This document shows positions 61,679 to 64,000 of a stretch of DNA of 64,000 nucleotides, one piece after another. Made by a program: the position numbers and the translations under genes. The notes under the pieces were generated by a model, which ran no database searches, was not told the DNA's origin, and saw only the letters and a list, made by a program, of their open reading frames with translations. Source of the DNA: Octopus sinensis (taxonomy: Eukaryota); contig NC_042999.1 in NCBI RefSeq assembly GCF_006345805.1, positions 163,556,001 through 163,620,000 on the forward strand. Reading direction: 5' to 3'. How positions within the stretch are numbered: the first letter of the stretch is position 1; every line of letters starts with the position of its first letter.

Positions 61679-61880
61679 CTGTGTTTGTCCCCCTAGCATT
61701 GCTTGACAACCGATGCTGGTGTGTTTACGTCCTCGTCACTTAGCGGTTCGGCAAAAAAGAGACCGATAGAATAAGTACTGGGCTTACAAAGAATAGTCCC
61801 GGGGTCGATTTGCTCGACTAAAGGCGGTGCTCCAGCATGGCCGCAGTCAAATGACTGAAACAATAAAAGAGTAAAAGAGT
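61479..61880 (+). mobile_element. SINE family A, full length
   Basis: Head, internal microsatellite and GTAAAAGAGT tail as in the 47159 copy. Confidence 0.92.
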
Positions 61881-63622
61881 AATGCTTAAAAAAAAAGGCT
61901 TTGTGTTCTTTAATTGCTTTAACTTGCAAAGTTTCTGTGACTTACCATTTATGTATAATATTGCACTGTGTTAATCAAACTTTAATGTTTTATGTTTCTT
62001 TTGAACAAATGTTTTTTGACAGTTTACATTGATTTTGAGGAAAATTTCTGTAGGGATGTGTTAGTATGTGTGTATATGTGTTAACTGGTATTTGAGTTAT
62101 GTTTGTGTGTAATAGTGTATGTGTATAGTTGTTGGATGGTGTGTACATATTAAGTATATAGTCATGTTTGTGGTAGATTAGTAAGTCATCTGGGTCTTTT
62201 CTACTCCTCCGCCTCAAGATCATCTATCAGTCTGTCTCTCTATCTATCAATCAATTTAAATTTGAATAGAAGGCTATTCTGTCGTGTTGGTATCTCAACT
62301 CATGTGAACTCTGTTTTTTTATGTTTTCTATGATCTACTGGAGTCTAAATAAGTATTTAAAACTTTTGCGATAATAGGTTCTCTGTAAATTGAATCATGG
62401 CTTGGTTTCAGAACCCTATTAAAACAATTTAAATAAAGCCTTTTTTTTTTGTGCTAAAGGTGTTGTTGGTTTACATCCATTACACAGATAGATTGTTTTC
62501 TTTTCACTAATCATTTCAGCTATAAAGTATAAATAGAACCCAGTCTTGTTGTTAATGAGGAAGTGAGAATTACACTTTGCCAACTCTGAACAACTGTAGG
62601 AATTTACAAGCTGAATTGGTACCAAACATCAGTATTTTAAATCTTGTCATCATATGGCATTGTGTCTTTTAATGGTTTGGTCTAGAAGAAAGAGAAACTG
62701 TGCTTGTGGCCTTCACAGGTCCTCTTAGACCAGTGAGACTGAACAGTTATTGGGAAAACAAGTTGGGAGAGAATTCCAGAGGGCTTCTGGGAAATGCCAT
62801 TAGTGCTGGGATTGGGGTGGACTACAGGTGATCTAAGACACTAAAATCTCAATTCAAGCCACATAACTATCTAGGTACTGTAGGAGTAGAGCAATGTCTG
62901 TGTGTTAACAGTGGGAGTGTTGTAACTTAATTGAGTGTTTCTTTCACTTGCAAAGTTCAATTCATTTTGTTTGCATCTCAGATAGAAGAATTGGATCTCA
63001 ATAATCTCTTGATTATATATATGAATAGAACAGATTGTGTATTAATATATATCTTTGTGAAAATTGAAGTAACTTCATCTTTTTAAACTACAAATTGACT
63101 GATTAACAAAATATTTTTCTTTTACATCTATAATTCTATGCTATTATGAGTAAAGTGGTGTTTTCTACAAATGGATGCTCTCCTACTGCTAACCACTCAA
63201 TTGTAAGATAAGCAATTTAGATCTTACACAGTTCTGTTTCCTACTCAGATGCACAATATAATGATTGTAGCGAAATTTGAACACATTACGATATGATCAG
63301 TAGTCTAACCCTAACCTCAAATCCATCAGACTCTTGTATCAATCAAGCAATCAATCAGTCAATCATTCATCCATTCATTCGTGAAGATGAACTTTTTCTT
63401 GCACTACTACCGGTCAGTTTATTTCTGTTTGTCTTTTAGGTGTCAAAACAGTCTTATTTTAATTTAAAATAGCTTAGGAATAAAATAGCCTTTTAGGAAA
63501 ATTGTGATTTAATTAACTGCATTTGAAAGTAATTAAATAGTTGTAGTGGGATTGCCTATTGTCTAGTAGCGTAATGCAGTAATTTGGTGCATTAACCATT
63601 TTATCTTGATGTCTTATTTCAG

Positions 63623-63810
63623 AATACTCCTAGTGAATGTTTGAGTCGAGTGTCTTTGTCCACTGACCCTCCACAAGTCCTACATGGTACAGGGCCTACA
63701 CTGGAATCTTCTCGTGATGCTGCTGCTCTTCAAGCTCTCAAGATGTTGGCCGAGAAAGGTCTTTCTGTTGTGGTGAATGATATAGATAAAAAAATGAATA
63801 GTGGAGATCG
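63623..63810 (+). CDS. stau: staufen exon: dsRBD5 C-half
   Basis: tttcag|AAT...GAT CG|gtgagt; NTPSECLSRVSLSTDPPQVLHGTGPTLESSRDAAALQALKMLAEKG. The frame continues into an exon beyond the window. Confidence 0.93.
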
Positions 63811-64000
63811 GTGAGTCATTCTTGAGGCTGCTGCTTTTTCTTTTCTTTTTCCTCCCTTCTGTCAGTGTGAATGACTTCGATGTTTATTCTACATTCTGCG
63901 TGGGAATTTTATCTTGAAATTTATCTCTTGATGCCTTTTGTTAGTATATTTATAACTAAAATACAGCCTTGATGTGTTTCAATGAAATTCTAAAAATTTC

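Larger units (their letters stand above)
417..63810 (+). other. stau: staufen gene span (partial at both ends; 11 coding exons in window)
   Basis: Eleven AG/GT-bounded exons with matching phases (0-1-2-1-0-0-0-0-1-1-0-2) join into one stop-free frame encoding five Staufen-type dsRBDs in the expected order. Confidence 0.96.

Overview
AT-rich animal genomic DNA. The repeat repertoire is consistent with an octopus or other coleoid cephalopod, which is an inference from recalled SINE/LINE types. The window holds the central part of one host gene on the + strand, staufen (dsRNA-binding protein). I could read 11 coding exons (417-621, 22213-22357, 31501-31691, 32820-32896, 39658-39882, 42765-42911, 52261-52413, 57417-57477, 58350-58451, 60515-60672, 63623-63810). 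All have AG/GT boundaries and compatible phases, and they join into one open frame of 1652 nt (about 550 codons). This covers most of dsRBD1, the split dsRBD2, dsRBD3 plus a basic NLS-like patch, dsRBD4, a KVTF PP1-type motif and dsRBD5. The start and stop codons lie outside the window. The introns are packed with mobile DNA: RTE LINEs carrying a PHD finger, CR1-type LINEs, Penelope-like remnants, three tRNA-derived SINE families, mariner/Tc1, hAT, piggyBac and Helitron-like elements, a Gypsy LTR/gag remnant and many (TA)n tracts. There is one 100-N gap. No prokaryote-type system or CRISPR array is present. The most notable unexplained signals are: a near-perfect 117-bp hairpin and several inverted repeat pairs inside the pre-mRNA of a dsRNA-binding protein; a SINE/LINE 3' stem-loop with compensatory changes; a tandem pseudoknot-like module in RTE 3' UTRs; a hammerhead-like motif; and a genomic Gln at a normally basic dsRBD3 position that A-to-I editing could convert to Arg.
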